DNA of 64,000 bases from Nemertoderma westbladi. Its lineage: Eukaryota; Animalia; Xenacoelomorpha. A program made the position numbers and the translations under genes. Shown here in pieces: positions 1 to 12,799 of this stretch. Numbering within the stretch: position 1 is the stretch's first letter; every line of letters begins with the position of its first letter. The notes below the pieces were generated by a model. The model had not been told where the DNA came from. It did no database searches and was given only the letters and a program-made list of their open reading frames with translations. The stretch spans positions 54,947 to 118,946 of the forward strand of contig JAUCBJ010008430.1 of the NCBI GenBank assembly GCA_032718475.1, read 5' to 3'.

Positions 1-107
1 CTAGTTGTTACTAATTTTCTTTATTACTTTTCTAGAACATGTTAACATATTTATTTAAAAAATAATGTTATAGAACAAATATTTTATGTGCTAGAACATA
101 TTTTCGA

Positions 108-2060
108 AAACATATGTTAGCCTCCATAAACATATGTTAGCTTCCATAAATATATGTTAGCTTCCATAAACATATGTTAGCTTCCATAAACATATTTTAG
201 CTTCCATAAACATATGTTAGCCTCCATAAACATATGTTAGCTTCCATAAATATATGTTAGCCTCCATAAACATATGTTAGCTTCCATAAACATATGTTAG
301 CTTCCATAAACATATGATAGCTTCCATAAACATATGTTAGCTTCCATAAACATATTTTAGCTTCCATAAACATATGTTAGCTTCCATAAACATATGTTAG
401 CTTCCATAAACATATGTTAGCTTCCATAAACATATGTTAGCTTCCATAAACATATGTTAGCTTCCATAAACATATGTTAGCTTCCATAAACATATGTTAG
501 CTTCCATAAACATATGATAGCTTCCATAAACATATGTTAACTTCCATAAACATATGTTAGCTTCCATAAACATATGTTAGCTTCCATAAACATATGTTAG
601 CTTCCATAAACATATGTTAGCTTCCATAAACATATGTTAGCTTCCATAAACATATGTTAGTTTCCATAAACATATGTTAGCTTCCATAAACATATGTTAG
701 CCTCCATAAACATATGTTAGCTTCCATAAACATATGTTAGCTTCCATAAACATATGTTAGCTTCCATAAACATATGTTAGCTTCCATAAACATATGTTAG
801 TTTCCATAAACATATGTTAGCTTCCATAAACATATGTTAGCTTCCATAAACATATGTTAGCTTCCATAAACATATGTTAGCTTCATAAACATATGTTAGC
901 TTCCATAAACATATGTTAGCTTCCATAAACATATGTTAGCTTCCATAAACATATGTTAGCTTCCATAAACATATGTTAGCTTCCATAAACATATGTTAGC
1001 TTCCATAAACATATGTTAGTTTCCATAAACATATGTTAGCTTCCATAAACATATGTTAGCTTCCATAAACATATGTTAGCTTCCATAAAGATATGTTAGC
1101 TTCATAAACATATGTTAGCTTCCATAAACATATGTTAGCTTCCATAAACATATGTTAGCTTCCATAAACATATGTTAGCTTCCATAAACATATGTTAGCT
1201 TCCATAAACATATGTTAGCTTCCATAAACATATGTTAGCTTCCATAAACATATGTTAGCCTCCATAAACATATGTTAGCTTCCATAAACATATGTTAGCT
1301 TCCTAAACATATGATAGCTTCCATAAATATATGTTAGCTTCCATAAACATATGTTAGCTTCCATAAACATGTGTTAGCTTCCATAAACATATTTTAGCTT
1401 CCATAAACATATGTTAGCTTCCATAAACATATGTTAGCTTCCATAAACATATGTTAGCCTCCATAAACATATGTTAGCTTCCATAAACATATGTTAGCCT
1501 CTATAAACATATGTTAGCTTCCATAAACATATGTTAGCTTCCATGAACATATGATAGCTTCCATAAACATATGTTAGCTTCCATAAACATATGTTAGCTT
1601 CCATAAACATATGTTAGCTTCCATAAACATATGTTAGCCTCTATAAACATATGTTAGCTTCCATAAACATATGTTAGCTTCCATGAACATATGATAGCTT
1701 CCATAAACATATGTTAGCTTCCATAAACATATGTTAGCTTCCATAAACATATGTTAGCTTCCATAAACATATGTTAGCTTCCATAAACATATGTTAGCTT
1801 CCATAAACATATGTTAGCTTCCATAAACATATGTTAGCTTCCATAAACATATGTTAGCCTCCATAAACATATGTTAGCTTGCATAAACATATGTTAGCTT
1901 CCATAAACATATGTTAGCTTCCATAAACATATGTTAGCCTCCATAAACATATGTTAGCTTGCATAAACATATGTTAGCTTCCATAAACATATGTTAGCCT
2001 CCATAAACATGTTAGCTTCCATAAACATATGTTAGCCTCCATAAACATATGTTAGCTTCC
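108..2060. repeat. 20-bp tandem satellite (CTTCCATAAACATATGTTAG)n, roughly 95-100 copies
   Basis: Near-perfect 20-bp periodicity visible in the line columns; palindromic core AACATATGTT; degenerate copies at about 30-110. Confidence 0.98.
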
Positions 2061-2454
2061 ATACGTATGTAAATAATTGTTTAACGTGTACTGTAATCCA
2101 TTATGGCGAGACGTCCAATAGAAGACACTAAATGACGAAAGCAAATGGCGACAGTGTTCAGTAAAACTGAACGGACACAGACGGTGACTAACTTTGCTTC
2201 AGTCGACTATAGTCAAGTTGGATTAATGATTTATCACATCCAAGCAGGAGATAATTTCCAATAAACTTTAATTAGATTTATTATATTAATTATAATTAAT
2301 AATAAGATTTAAATGTATAATTAATACTGTGTACCTGCTAATAAATTTAACTTATATTCGATATATTTAGTACATGATTAAAATGTATAAATAAGTATCC
2401 ATAAAATCCTTTCTTCACATACCGAACGCTGATAACTTGACATAATGTAACAAA

Positions 2455-2610
2455 ATTACATGCATCATTGGTTGCAAAGGTCACTTTTCAGCGTTAAAGA
2501 CCCTTGTTTATTTATGTAAACCTCCCTCGCTGCGCTCGCTCAGTACATAAATAAACTCGGGTCATAACGCTGCAAAGTACTACTTTGCACACAATGATGT
2601 AAATAGTTAC
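2455..2610 (-). repeat. Short hairpin-forming repeat end related to the 2893/4615 elements
   Basis: CATCATTG.TGCAAAG...CTTTGCACACAATGATG inverted arms around CTCGCTGCGCTCGC; ends in GTAAATAGTTA like the copy ending at about 4615. Confidence 0.55.
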
Positions 2611-2892
2611 TGACTTTCATTATATACTGTCTGCCTTAATAGTTTATTGAAGTTTGTTGAACACTAATCAATTGTTTTTAAACAAAAAATAGTAATGTTA
2701 TGTTTTGTTAGGTAATGTTACAAAACACTTATAAAACACTTCAAAACCAGAAATGATGTTTTTGCCCACAAAATGGAAACTTAAAAAAAAGTAAAATATA
2801 TCAAAGTTTTCAACGTAATTGTCAACCAAATCATCCACATCCAAGGAACATTTATTTTTGCATGGTATAGCAATTATACTAGCGATTTAAAT

Positions 2893-3532
2893 AATAACTA
2901 TTTTACATACTTGTGTGTAAAGTAGCACTTTACAGTGTGATTATCCGAGTGGCTTTGTTACACGAACGAACTTTAGTGAGTGAGTGAAAATAAAGCCACA
3001 AGAATCAGAACACTATAAAGTACTTTGCAACAAGTATGTATGTAGTTTTATTCCAAAATTTTAACATTACGAAATGATTGTATATACATTATAAGTGATA
3101 GAAACTGCACAAATTATATTAGTTGCTGTATAAATAATTGTAAAAATGACATAAATATGTTATAGATAAGTTAGCTTATATTTATCGCGGCGTTTGGAGC
3201 CATGTTAATAATAATATAGCTAGGCCCTACTGGTTATTAATAGCTATACCCCGGCTACCGGTAGGTAATGCAGTAGGCTTATCTGGCTGTCAGGCAAATT
3301 TCCACCTATTGTTTACGTGGGAACCAAAGACGGCGTTAAGTAATGTCCCCTTAGTGGACATTACTTAACGTCGTCATGCGTCGTCACGTAAACAATATCA
3401 CCAAATACAATACGAAATGTACAGGCCAATACAATGCTGTAATGTCCTCTAAAGTTGTAAAGTGGTAAATAACAACTCGCTGTTAATACTAACGGCGTTG
3501 AGTAATGTTACAATTTTGGAATAATAACTATT
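2893..3532 (+). mobile_element. ~630-bp non-autonomous element, copy 1 (possibly Crypton-type)
   Basis: Reverse complement of about 4003-4615 along its length; terminal hairpin TACATACTTG...CAAGTATGTA enclosing CACGAACGAA..AGTGAGTGAGTG; TAACTATT at both ends. The family is inferred. Confidence 0.65.
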
Positions 3533-4002
3533 TAATGTTTTAAACATAAAATATATAGTTAGAGATACTATATATTCTAGAATAAGAATATAGTTCTAGA
3601 ACTCTATTATTTTAAACATTTAAACGGTATCCTTATTTATTTTTTTTGATGCGATGTTTATTAATAAGACATCAATAATCTTATATATCGAATAATTCTT
3701 AAATGGTAGCTTAGCTAGTCTTTTTAATAAAGTTTCACTTTTATAGACTAATAAACTAATAATACAGTGTACATATTGTACAATATTAATTAAATTTCAT
3801 TAAGGATAAAAAGGATGTTTATTTGTTAATTCTGACAGTTCGTGAAAAGTAGTATCTTTAATGACTAGCTAACATAAAAATTAATATTAAAGTTGCTTAA
3901 CATTAATCGATCCACAAATTTATTTTATAACTTAACCAGTTTTTGCTTATTTCTTTTTTTAATGTTCTAGAACAAATTACCTATGCATTTTTAAATACAT
4001 TA

Positions 4003-4615
4003 TTTATTACTCCAAAATTGTAACATTACTCAACGCCCACTGTATTGCGAGTTGTTATTTAGCTCTTTACAACTTGTAGAGGACATTACACTATTGTATT
4101 GGCCTGTACAGTACATTTAGTATTGTATTGGTGTTGGAATGTCCCATGTTTATGTGGTAACCAATGACTGCGAGCTGTAATGTTGCGGCGTCATTGGTTA
4201 CCACGTAAACAATAGGTGGTATTGAATATTAATTGCCTGACAACAAGATAGGCCTACTGCATTACCTACCAGTAGCTATTAATAACTAGTTGCTATAAAC
4301 TATTAACATGGCTCCAAACGCCACCATAAATATAAGCTAACTTATTTATAACATAATTTATGTCATTTTTACATTTATTTATACAGCAACTAATTTAATT
4401 TGTGCAGCTTCTATCACTTATAATGTATATACAATCATTTCGTAATGTTAAAATTTTGGAATAAAACTACATACATACTTGTTGCAAAGTACTTTACAGT
4501 GTTCTGATCCTCGTGGCTTTATTTTCACTCACTCACTAACGTTCGTTCGTATAACAAAGCCACTCGGATCATCACACTGTAAAGTGCTACTTTACACACA
4601 AGTATGTAAATAGTT
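4003..4615 (-). mobile_element. ~610-bp non-autonomous element, copy 2, inverted relative to copy 1
   Basis: For example, 4440-4610 is the near-exact reverse complement of 2900-3072. Confidence 0.65.
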
Positions 4616-4871
4616 AATTATTTTAAATACATATTTTATTTTATTTTTAATTCTCAGTCGAAAGTAAGCACAAATGTATTACAGTTAAAATATCTAGAAC
4701 GCCACCTAGTGTCCAAATTTGGTCTTTATAGTTAAGTGAAGTATATGCAATATGTGAAGCAAGACCCATACTCTAGAGCATGATAGTGTATGTGAATTTG
4801 AGTATAATATATTACATACTTTATTTAATCTTTTGCAATGAAACGGATTAATTGCTTTAACTGTTCTACAG

Positions 4872-5095
4872 GTTGCACAAAACCATCGTTGTTCAATGTC
4901 ACTATGGTATCCATAGAAACGTCAAACAATGCAATAGAATTACGTAATGACTATACCGTTCTATCGTACCAAGCGTTACCAAGGGAACTATGCAGCTATA
5001 TGGCTAAGGGGGAACTTCCTTTCAGCCCCGAAGGAATTAGTCCTCACGCCGACATCTGTTTCTCTGTGGAGGGGCACAAATTCTACTGCCATAAG
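4872..5095 (+). CDS. ABTB1: ABTB1 internal exon (start of second BTB domain)
   Basis: acag| acceptor and AAG|gtaaat donor; ALPRELC..GELPF..DICFSVEGHKFYCHK matches the ABTB1 pattern ALPPELR..ELPF..DICFRV.G..FLCHK. Confidence 0.9.
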
Positions 5096-5163
5096 GTAAA
5101 TACCCTATCTACAAAGCAAGACTTATTATAAGAGCCAATATAGCGGGTGTAAGCGTTAAGCAG

Positions 5164-7961
5164 TCACCTGGTCCAGCCAGACACAGTCACTTGTGCAAAC
5201 ACCTGGTGCAGACACCTGGTACAGATACCTGATATAGACACCTGGTGCAGACACCTGTTGCAGACACTGGTGCAGACACCTGGTGCAGACACCTGGTGTA
5301 GACTCCTGGTGTAGACACCTGGTATAGTGACCTGGTTCAGACACCTGGTGCAGACACTAGTGCAGACACCCACTGCAGACACTGGTGCAGACACCTGGTG
5401 GAAACACCTGGTGGAGACACCTGATGCAGACAGCTGGTATAGACACCAGGTGCAGACACTGGTGCAAACACCTGGTGCAGACACCTGGTGCAGACACCTG
5501 GTGCAGACACCTGGTGCAGACACCTGGTGCAGACACCTGGTGCAGACACCTGGTGCAGACACCTGGTGCAGACACCTGGTGCAGACACCTGGTGCAGACA
5601 CTGGTGCAAACACCTAGTGTAGACACCTGGTATAGACACCAGGTGCAGACACTGGTGCAAACACCTGGTGCAGACACCTGGTGCAGACACCTTTTAGCAA
5701 ACACCTGGTGCAGACACCTGGTGCAGACACTGGTGCAAACATCTGGTGCAGACACCTGGTGCAGACACCTGGTATAGACACCAGATGCAGACACTGGTGC
5801 AAACACCTGGTGCAGACACCTGGTGCAGACACCTGGTGCAAACACCTGGTGCAGAAACCTGGTGCAGACACTGGTGCAAACACCTGGTGCAGACACCTGG
5901 TATAGACACCAGGTGCAGACATTGGTGCAAACACCTGGTGCAGACACCTGGTGCAGACACCTGGTGCAAACACCTGGTGCAGACACTTAGTGCAGACTCT
6001 GGTGCAGACACCTGGTGTAGACACTGGTGCAGACACCTGGTATAGACACCAGGTGCAGGCACTGGTGCAAACACCTGGTGCAGACACCTGGTGCAGACAC
6101 CTGGTGCAGACACCTGGTGCAAACACCTGGTGCAGACACCTGGTGCATACACTCAGTGCAGACTCTGGTGCAGACACCTGGTGTAGACACTGGTGCAGAT
6201 ACCCAGTGCAGACACCTGGTATAGACACCTGGTGCAGACACCTGGTGCAAACACCTGGTGCAGACACCTGGTGCAGACACCTGGTGCAGACACCTGGTAT
6301 AAACACCGGGTGCAGACACTGGTGCAAACACCTGGTGCAGACACCTTGTGCAGACACCTGGTGCAAACACCTGGTGCAGACACCTGGTGCAAACACCTGG
6401 TGCAGACACCTGGTGCAGACACTCAGTGCAGACTCTGGTGCAGACACCTGGTGTAGACACTGGTGCAGACACCCAGTGCAGACACCTGGTATAGACACCT
6501 GGTGCCGACACCCAGTGCAGACACTGGTGCAAACACCTAGTGCAGACACCTGGTGCAGACACCTGGTTCAGAAACCTGGTGCAGACACTGCTGCAAACAC
6601 CTGGTGCAGAAACCCTGTGCAGACACTGGTGCAAACACCTGGTGCAGACACCTGGTGCAGACACCTGGTATAGACACCAGGTGCAGACACTGGTGCAAAC
6701 ACCTGGTGCAGACACCTGGTGCAGACACCTGGTATAGACACCAGGTGCAGACACTGGTGCAAACACCTGGTGCAGAAACCTGGTGCAGACACTGGTGCAA
6801 ACACCTGGTGCAGACACCTGGTGCAGACACCTGGTGCAGACACCTGGTATAGACACCAGGTGCAGACACTGGTGCAAACACCTGGTGCAGACACCTGGTG
6901 CAGACACCTGGTGCAAACACCTGGTGCAGACACCTGGTGCAGACACTCAGTGCAGACTCTTGTGCAGACACCTGGTGTAGACACTGGTGCAGACACCCAG
7001 TGCAGACACCTGGTATAGACACCTGGTGCAGACACCTGGTGCAGACACTGGTGCAAACACCTAGTGTAGACACCTGGTATAGACACCAGGTGCAGAGACT
7101 GGTGCAAACACCTGGTGCAGACACCTTCTAGCAAACACTTGGTGCAGACACCTGGTGCAGACACTGGTACAAACACCTGGTGCAGACACCTGGTGCAGAC
7201 ACCTGGTATAGACACCAGGTGCAGACACTGGTGCAAACACCTGGTGCAGACACCTGGTGCAGACACCTGGTGCAAACACCTGGTGCAGAAACCTGGTGCA
7301 GACACTGGTGCAAACACATGGTGCAGACAACTGGTGCAGACACCTGGTATAGACACCAGGTGCAGACACTGGTGCAAACACCTGGTGCAGACACCTGGTG
7401 CAAACACCTGCGGGTGCAGACACCTGGTGCAGACACTCAGTGCAGACTCTGGTGCAGACACCTGGTGTAGACACTGGTGCAGACACCCAGTGCAGACACC
7501 TGGTATAGACACCAGGTGCAGACACCTGGTGCAGACACCTGGTGCAAACACCTGGTGCAGACACCTGGTGCAGACACTCAGTGCAGACTCTGGTGCAGAC
7601 ACCTGGTGTAGACACCTGGTATAGATACCTGGTGCAAACACCTGGTGCAAACACCTGGTGCAGAAACCTGGTGCAGACACTGGTGAAAACACCTGGTGCA
7701 GACACCTGGTGCAGACACCTGGTGCAAACACCTGGTGCAGACACCTGGTGCAGACACTCAGTGCAGACTCTGGTGCAGACACCTGGTGTAGACACTGGTG
7801 CAGACACTGGTGCAGACACCCAGTGCAGACACCTGGTATAGATACCTGGTGCAAACACCTGGTGCAAACACCTGGTGCAGAAACCTGGTGCAGACACTGG
7901 TGCAAACACCTGGTGCAGACACCTGGTGCAAACACCTGGTGCAGACACCTGGTGCAGACAC
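5164..7961. repeat. Intronic 12-13-bp minisatellite (GACACCTGGTGCA)n with variant units and higher-order blocks
   Basis: About 2.8 kb of CACCTGGTG quasi-palindromic units between two ABTB1 exons. Confidence 0.97.
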
Positions 7962-8226
7962 TAACCACTAACCCTGATGTCAAACCCTTCCAGAAGCGCC
8001 AATTGAACTTTCGCACTACGCTTCTTCTACACGCTTCTTTTAGCTTTCTAAAATGTGGGGTCTGTTTTATTCCTAACCAAGTTCTTCGTCAATACGGGAT
8101 GGTGTTAGATCATTTTGAAACATTGTAAGACAAGACGGACGGTCGTATAGACACGATAGGTTCCACCATTACAACCGTTTTCCCACAGACGTACGCGAAT
8201 TACGGACGACAATAATTTATTTACAG

Positions 8227-8397
8227 GTATTTCTATGTGGCCGATGCGATTACCTAAACACGGTGATTAAAGACCCGTTGAATGAGTCCCTGAATTCTTG
8301 CGATCCCATATCGTGTTTGCCGCTGGTAAAACTCAGTGGCGTTTCCGTTCAAGTGTTTCATAAGATCCTAGTTTATATATATTCTGACGACACAGAA
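8227..8397 (+). CDS. ABTB1: ABTB1 internal exon (BTB domain)
   Basis: ttacag| ... GAA|gtaagt, phase 0, 57 codons: VFLCGRCDYLNTVIKDPLNES...VFHKILVYIYSDDTE. Confidence 0.92.
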
Positions 8398-8634
8398 GTA
8401 AGTCTCGATTGTCATGGTTACCATTTTAAAATTAAGACATTTCCTTAAAAGTGAGACTCAATGTCATCGCTGGTTTGCTGCTGAAATTTGTATCATTTAT
8501 TATGTTGCTTTTACGGAAAAATTAAATGAAACATAATAAGTATGTGTAAACTAAAATATTTAAAGTGTTATATTAAACATTAATTTTTAGTTTTCAAGTT
8601 ATTTACATTTTCAAAATTGTTCTTCTCCTCTCAG

Positions 8635-8835
8635 GTTTCTCCGGACATCGCATACGATTTACTCGCAACCGCAGAAATGTATCTTTTAAACGGCCTGAAA
8701 CGGATCTGCGCGAATTGTATCGCGAGTAATATCTCCTTGGAAACCGCGGTGAATGCGGTGGTAGCATCGCGACTATTTAATCTCCCCAGGTTGGAGGCGC
8801 AATGCACGGAGTTTATGGCCACTTGTTTAGATCAG
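8635..8835 (+). CDS. ABTB1: ABTB1 internal exon (BTB end / BACK-like helices)
   Basis: ctcag| ... CAG|gttcgt, 67 codons: VSPDIAYDLLATAEMYLLNGLKRIC...LFNLPRLEAQCTEFMA. Confidence 0.92.
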
Positions 8836-9064
8836 GTTCGTATTTTAAGAAACAGCCTTTACCCATAGAGCTTATCTATATCCTTATCAGTTTTTACATT
8901 ACCGTCCTTGTTTCTTACAAACCTTACTGCGATCCGAGTTTAAAACGACTCAAGTAGGTCTAATTCTAATCTTGTAAATGTGATCGAATACAGAAGTATG
9001 TTATACTAATACACCGTTGTAATAGGGATTACCTATTTATATGTTTTTATTTTATTTTCTTTAG

Positions 9065-9271
9065 CTCATAGAAAGACAAGACTTCATTGAACTTGTGAGA
9101 GAAGACGCTAGGTCAGTGATTGGTCGAGAGGATGTAGACTCTATACCAATCATAGACGACCTCAGATACATCATTAGCAGCACATTGGACTCCTTCAGTA
9201 ACATGGATGAGGTTCAGTGTAAACTGGCAATTTTGGATGGTGTAATCGAAAGTTTAGGTTTAGATGGATGA
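9065..9271 (+). CDS. ABTB1: ABTB1 terminal coding exon
   Basis: tttag| LIERQDFIELVREDA..REDVDSIPIIDDLRY...LGLDG*, matching the ABTB1 C-terminus (DSIPLVDDIRFH...IGLDC). Missing from the ORF track because it has no start codon. Confidence 0.92.
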   Translation, partial: LIERQDFIELVREDARSVIGREDVDSIPIIDDLRYIISSTLDSFSNMDEVQCKLAILDGVIESLGLDG

Positions 9272-9336
9272 GATATTTCGAGTCACACTGCTGCACAATT
9301 CCAATTAATTATTGGCGAACAATATAATATACCTCT

Positions 9337-9342
9337 AATAAA
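9337..9342 (+). promoter_or_regulatory. Candidate polyadenylation signal for ABTB1
   Basis: AATAAA 65 nt after the stop codon, followed by a GT-rich tract. Confidence 0.45.
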
Positions 9343-9816
9343 TTGTGTTTGTTTAAATAATATATCACTTATAGTCGCGTGGTCTCTTAGATTATTAAGT
9401 AATTAATCGCTTCTTAATTAACAGTCCTGCAGTTATCAACTGGAAATATAATTTAAGTTAAAGACCGTTAGTAAAAAAAACCTTACCGGTAGGTATAACA
9501 CTACCGGTAAACAGAACTGGTCCCAGACGTTAGACTTAGTCCCTCTAGTGAAGGTATTCCCACACTAGAACGGAGTTATTTTGGGGAACACTGACTTTGG
9601 AACTTCGCAACGTGTAATTTCTTCGCTTGACTTATTGTCAATGCCTTCAGTCGCCGTCACTGGATCACTTGTAACTTACGGATCTCAGTTGCGTTTTAGT
9701 CACAGGGACCTAATGATCCTTGTGGATCGCTATTGTTTTATTTTTTTATAGTTTGCGTTAGTAATTCCTTCCGTTAATTAAATGGATCAGCGTTGTAAAT
9801 ATTATTATCGGACCAG

Positions 9817-9931
9817 TACGGTGGCTGATTGTGGCCGTTATTGAAAACCTTTATCGCCCGGGTGAAAAACCTTTTTCACCCTTAAAAATATAAAAAAAAC
9901 TGGAAATAATTGGCCGCAAGCAGCCACCGTA
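9817..9931. mobile_element. 115-bp MITE with TACGG termini and 6-bp TSD (IS3EU-like)
   Basis: TIRs TACGGTGGCTGATTGTGGCC / GGCCGCAAGCAGCCACCGTA; GACCAG directly flanks both ends. Confidence 0.6.
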
Positions 9932-10059
9932 GACCAGAATGTATGTTTCGGTTATACAAAGCAAAAATAAAAAGTAAAGTTTTCTTCGGCCGTTAGGCCA
10001 GACTTATTTCCAGTGTGGTCCCCCCAGTAATATACTCCACAGGAAAAAAAAAACTCTAG

Positions 10060-10240
10060 TACTCATTTAGCTATACCATTTAAGGGTGCAAGGCAGAGAT
10101 GCGCCCTGGCTATAGTACCTTTAAAGCATTCATTTCGAGACTAAAACTCCTCGGCTCCCATGCAGGGATCGAACCTACGGCGTGAATTCAACAATCTGAC
10201 AAGACAGCGGATTTAACTATAATACTACGCCACCCAAACG
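10060..10240 (-). mobile_element. Probable tRNA-derived SINE fragment
   Basis: Minus strand shows A-box-like GGTGGCGTAGT and B-box GGTTCGATCCC, with no complete cloverleaf. Confidence 0.4.
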
Positions 10241-11754
10241 GAGCCACTTTTTCCAACAATAGTTTTATGTAACTTATTCACTTGCGGATTGAATTTTGCA
10301 CCGTTTTTCTACATTTTTGAAATTGTTTCTATTCTGTTGTATTCTAATGGACAGCTGTAAGATTGTAATTATAAGAGGTTTCATATCTAATTTTTAATAT
10401 GTTTTTGTGTCATTCTAATGTTCTTTTTTAACGACACACCTGGTGGCGTAGATTGAAAATGATTGACTACGTTTCTGACGTTGATTGACTATGTTTCTAG
10501 TCGTAAACCACAGGACTATAATAGTAATTGTAACTATATGGCGTGTAGTAGTCGCATTATTACTATATTATATTCATTAATAAACCTGTAACTTGTAAAT
10601 AGCTTAAGAACGGTTTAAGATAATTAACTCACCATTTACCTAAACTTTATAATAAAGGTATCGGTTTAATTTATACTTGTAGATTCTAGTTAGCCGTTAT
10701 TCCAGCTAATTGGATATTTTGGCTCCTGTAAATATTCGCTGATAACTCGCCTGTAAATGTCACTTTTATATTATTGCTGCGAATAACATTTTGTTGCATA
10801 CCGGTTTTAATTAGCTACTTGTGTAGATGTTATTTTCTTTGGTATAAATTATTATTATAATGGATATATTATTTTCCAGTTAAGAATATCATTCATACCA
10901 TTTAGTATTAATTTATACTTCAAACATTGTTAAGCTACATGTAATACATTGTGTTGCACATGTTAGTTCGGCAACTACCAAATCATTCGTCGTGCTAAAC
11001 ATTAACCGGCCCCTACAAACGTAAAATCGTATTGGGCTGATACTTTACAAGCGTTTGGATGTCAATAACCCTTTAAACTATAACTAAATGGCTATGTATT
11101 ATGCTTTTGGTGCTTTGTTAGGCGTAGCTTCTGTTCGCATGGTATAATAAATTACCTAGTAGGGTATGGTTATGCCTTACAGGCGATCTTGTGTACTACT
11201 GTAGCATAGCCTCTAGGGATATTATTGTTATTGTAAAATATTATGACAGTTAATATTGAGAGAATAAATAAAAGTTAAACCGATCTTTGGAGGAATAACA
11301 CCAACACTTTAGAAGCTCGTTCCATAGGGCCAAAATATGAGTGTGAGTTTAACACCGTCCCGCTAGAGGGCTAAAGATTATAAACGTCGTCCCACTTATT
11401 TGTTTTTGAACTGTTTTGAACTTTTGAACTGTTTTTTGCTGCAACTTGCTATTCATATGTACAACCTACTACAACACAGTCTAGGTCTTGAAGATTCTTT
11501 TATCCGATGTGATCTATCGTGGTACCGTATCTGAAGCCGAGAACGTACCCCCCACCCATGGTAGAATTCCTGAATTCCTCCCTAGGAAATACCATTTAAA
11601 GTTTGTATTTTGAATGATTTTAATCATTTACTAACCTGAATAATCTTTAAGACGTGTTAACTTTAGTTTATTGTTTTGGTTTCCCCATCCGCCTTTGTCT
11701 TATTTATTAGATTATTTAGATTAGATTAATTAGATTAGAAGATTATTTAATCTT

Positions 11755-12765
11755 ATATAAACCGAAAATAGTCGGTCAATCATTGATAAAATTAAACCAA
11801 ACTTTGTATGTATGCAGTCCATCAAAAGTTTAGAAAGAATCTGAAGTTTTGTCAAAAATGAGACAGTCTGTCACCTGTCAGTCGGGAACGATAGTTTCAA
11901 ACTTTTTATAAAAACCGAAATAAGTAGGTCAATCATTGATAAAATTAAACCAAACTTTGTATCTATGCAGTCCGTCAAAAGTTTAGAAAGAATCCTCAAA
12001 AGTTTGGAAAGAATCTGGAGTTCGGTCAATAATGAGACAGTCTGTCAGTCGGTACCGGTAGTTTCAGACTTTTTATAAAAACCGAAATAAGTCGGTCAAT
12101 CATTGATGAAATTAAACCAAACTTTGTATATATGTAGTCCGTCAAAAGTTTGGAAAGAATCTGGAGTTCGGTCAAAAATGAGACAGTCTGTCTGCCTGTC
12201 AGTCGGTACCGGTAGTTTCAGACTATTTATAAAAACCGAAATAAGTAGGTCAATCATTGATAAAATTAAACCAAACTTTGTATCTATGCAGTCCGTCAAA
12301 AGTTTAGAAAGAATCCTCAAAAGTTTGGAAAGAATCTGGAGTTCGGTCAATAATGAGACAGTCTGTCAGTCGGTACCGGTAGTTTCAGACTTTTTATAAA
12401 AACCGAAATAAGTCGGTCAATCATTGATGAAATTAAACCAAACTTTGTATATATGTAGTCCGTCAAAAGTTTGGAAAGAATCTGGAGTTCGGTCAAAAAT
12501 GAGACAGTCTGTCTGCCTGTCAGTCGGTACCGGTAGTTTCAGACTTTTTATAAAAACCGAAATAAGTCGGTCAATCATTGATGAAATTAAACCAAACTTT
12601 GTATATATGTAGTCCGTCAAAAGTTTGGAAAGAATCTGGAGTTCGGTCAAAAATTTAACAGAGTCTGTCAGTCGGTAGCAGCGGTAGTTTCAGACTTTTT
12701 ATAAAAACCGAAATAGGTCTGTCAATCACAGATGAAATTAAACAAAAGTTGGTACGTATGCAGTC
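11755..12765. repeat. Tandem repeat of alternating 154/167-bp units (321-bp dimer)
   Basis: The ACCGAAA anchor recurs at 11761, 11914, 12081, 12235, 12402, 12556 and 12707. Confidence 0.93.
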
Positions 12766-12799
12766 TTGTGCTGCGCGAAGGCCATACGAACGTGTTCTC

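Noticed and set aside
108-2060. CRISPR-like regular array
   Set aside because: Head-to-tail repeats with no unique spacers, no cas genes, and a eukaryotic context.
5156-8128. Dozens of overlapping Cys/His-rich ORFs (APGVCTRCLHQVS repeats)
   Set aside because: Translations of a stop-poor 13-bp satellite in all six frames, inside a well-defined ABTB1 intron.
9554-10025. Possible Harbinger-like MITE (CCCACACTAGAA ... TTCCAGTGTGG)
   Set aside because: Inverted match is too short and no TSD is identifiable.
10150-10235. tRNA gene
   Set aside because: Has A/B-box-like motifs but no consistent acceptor or anticodon stems; treated as SINE-like.
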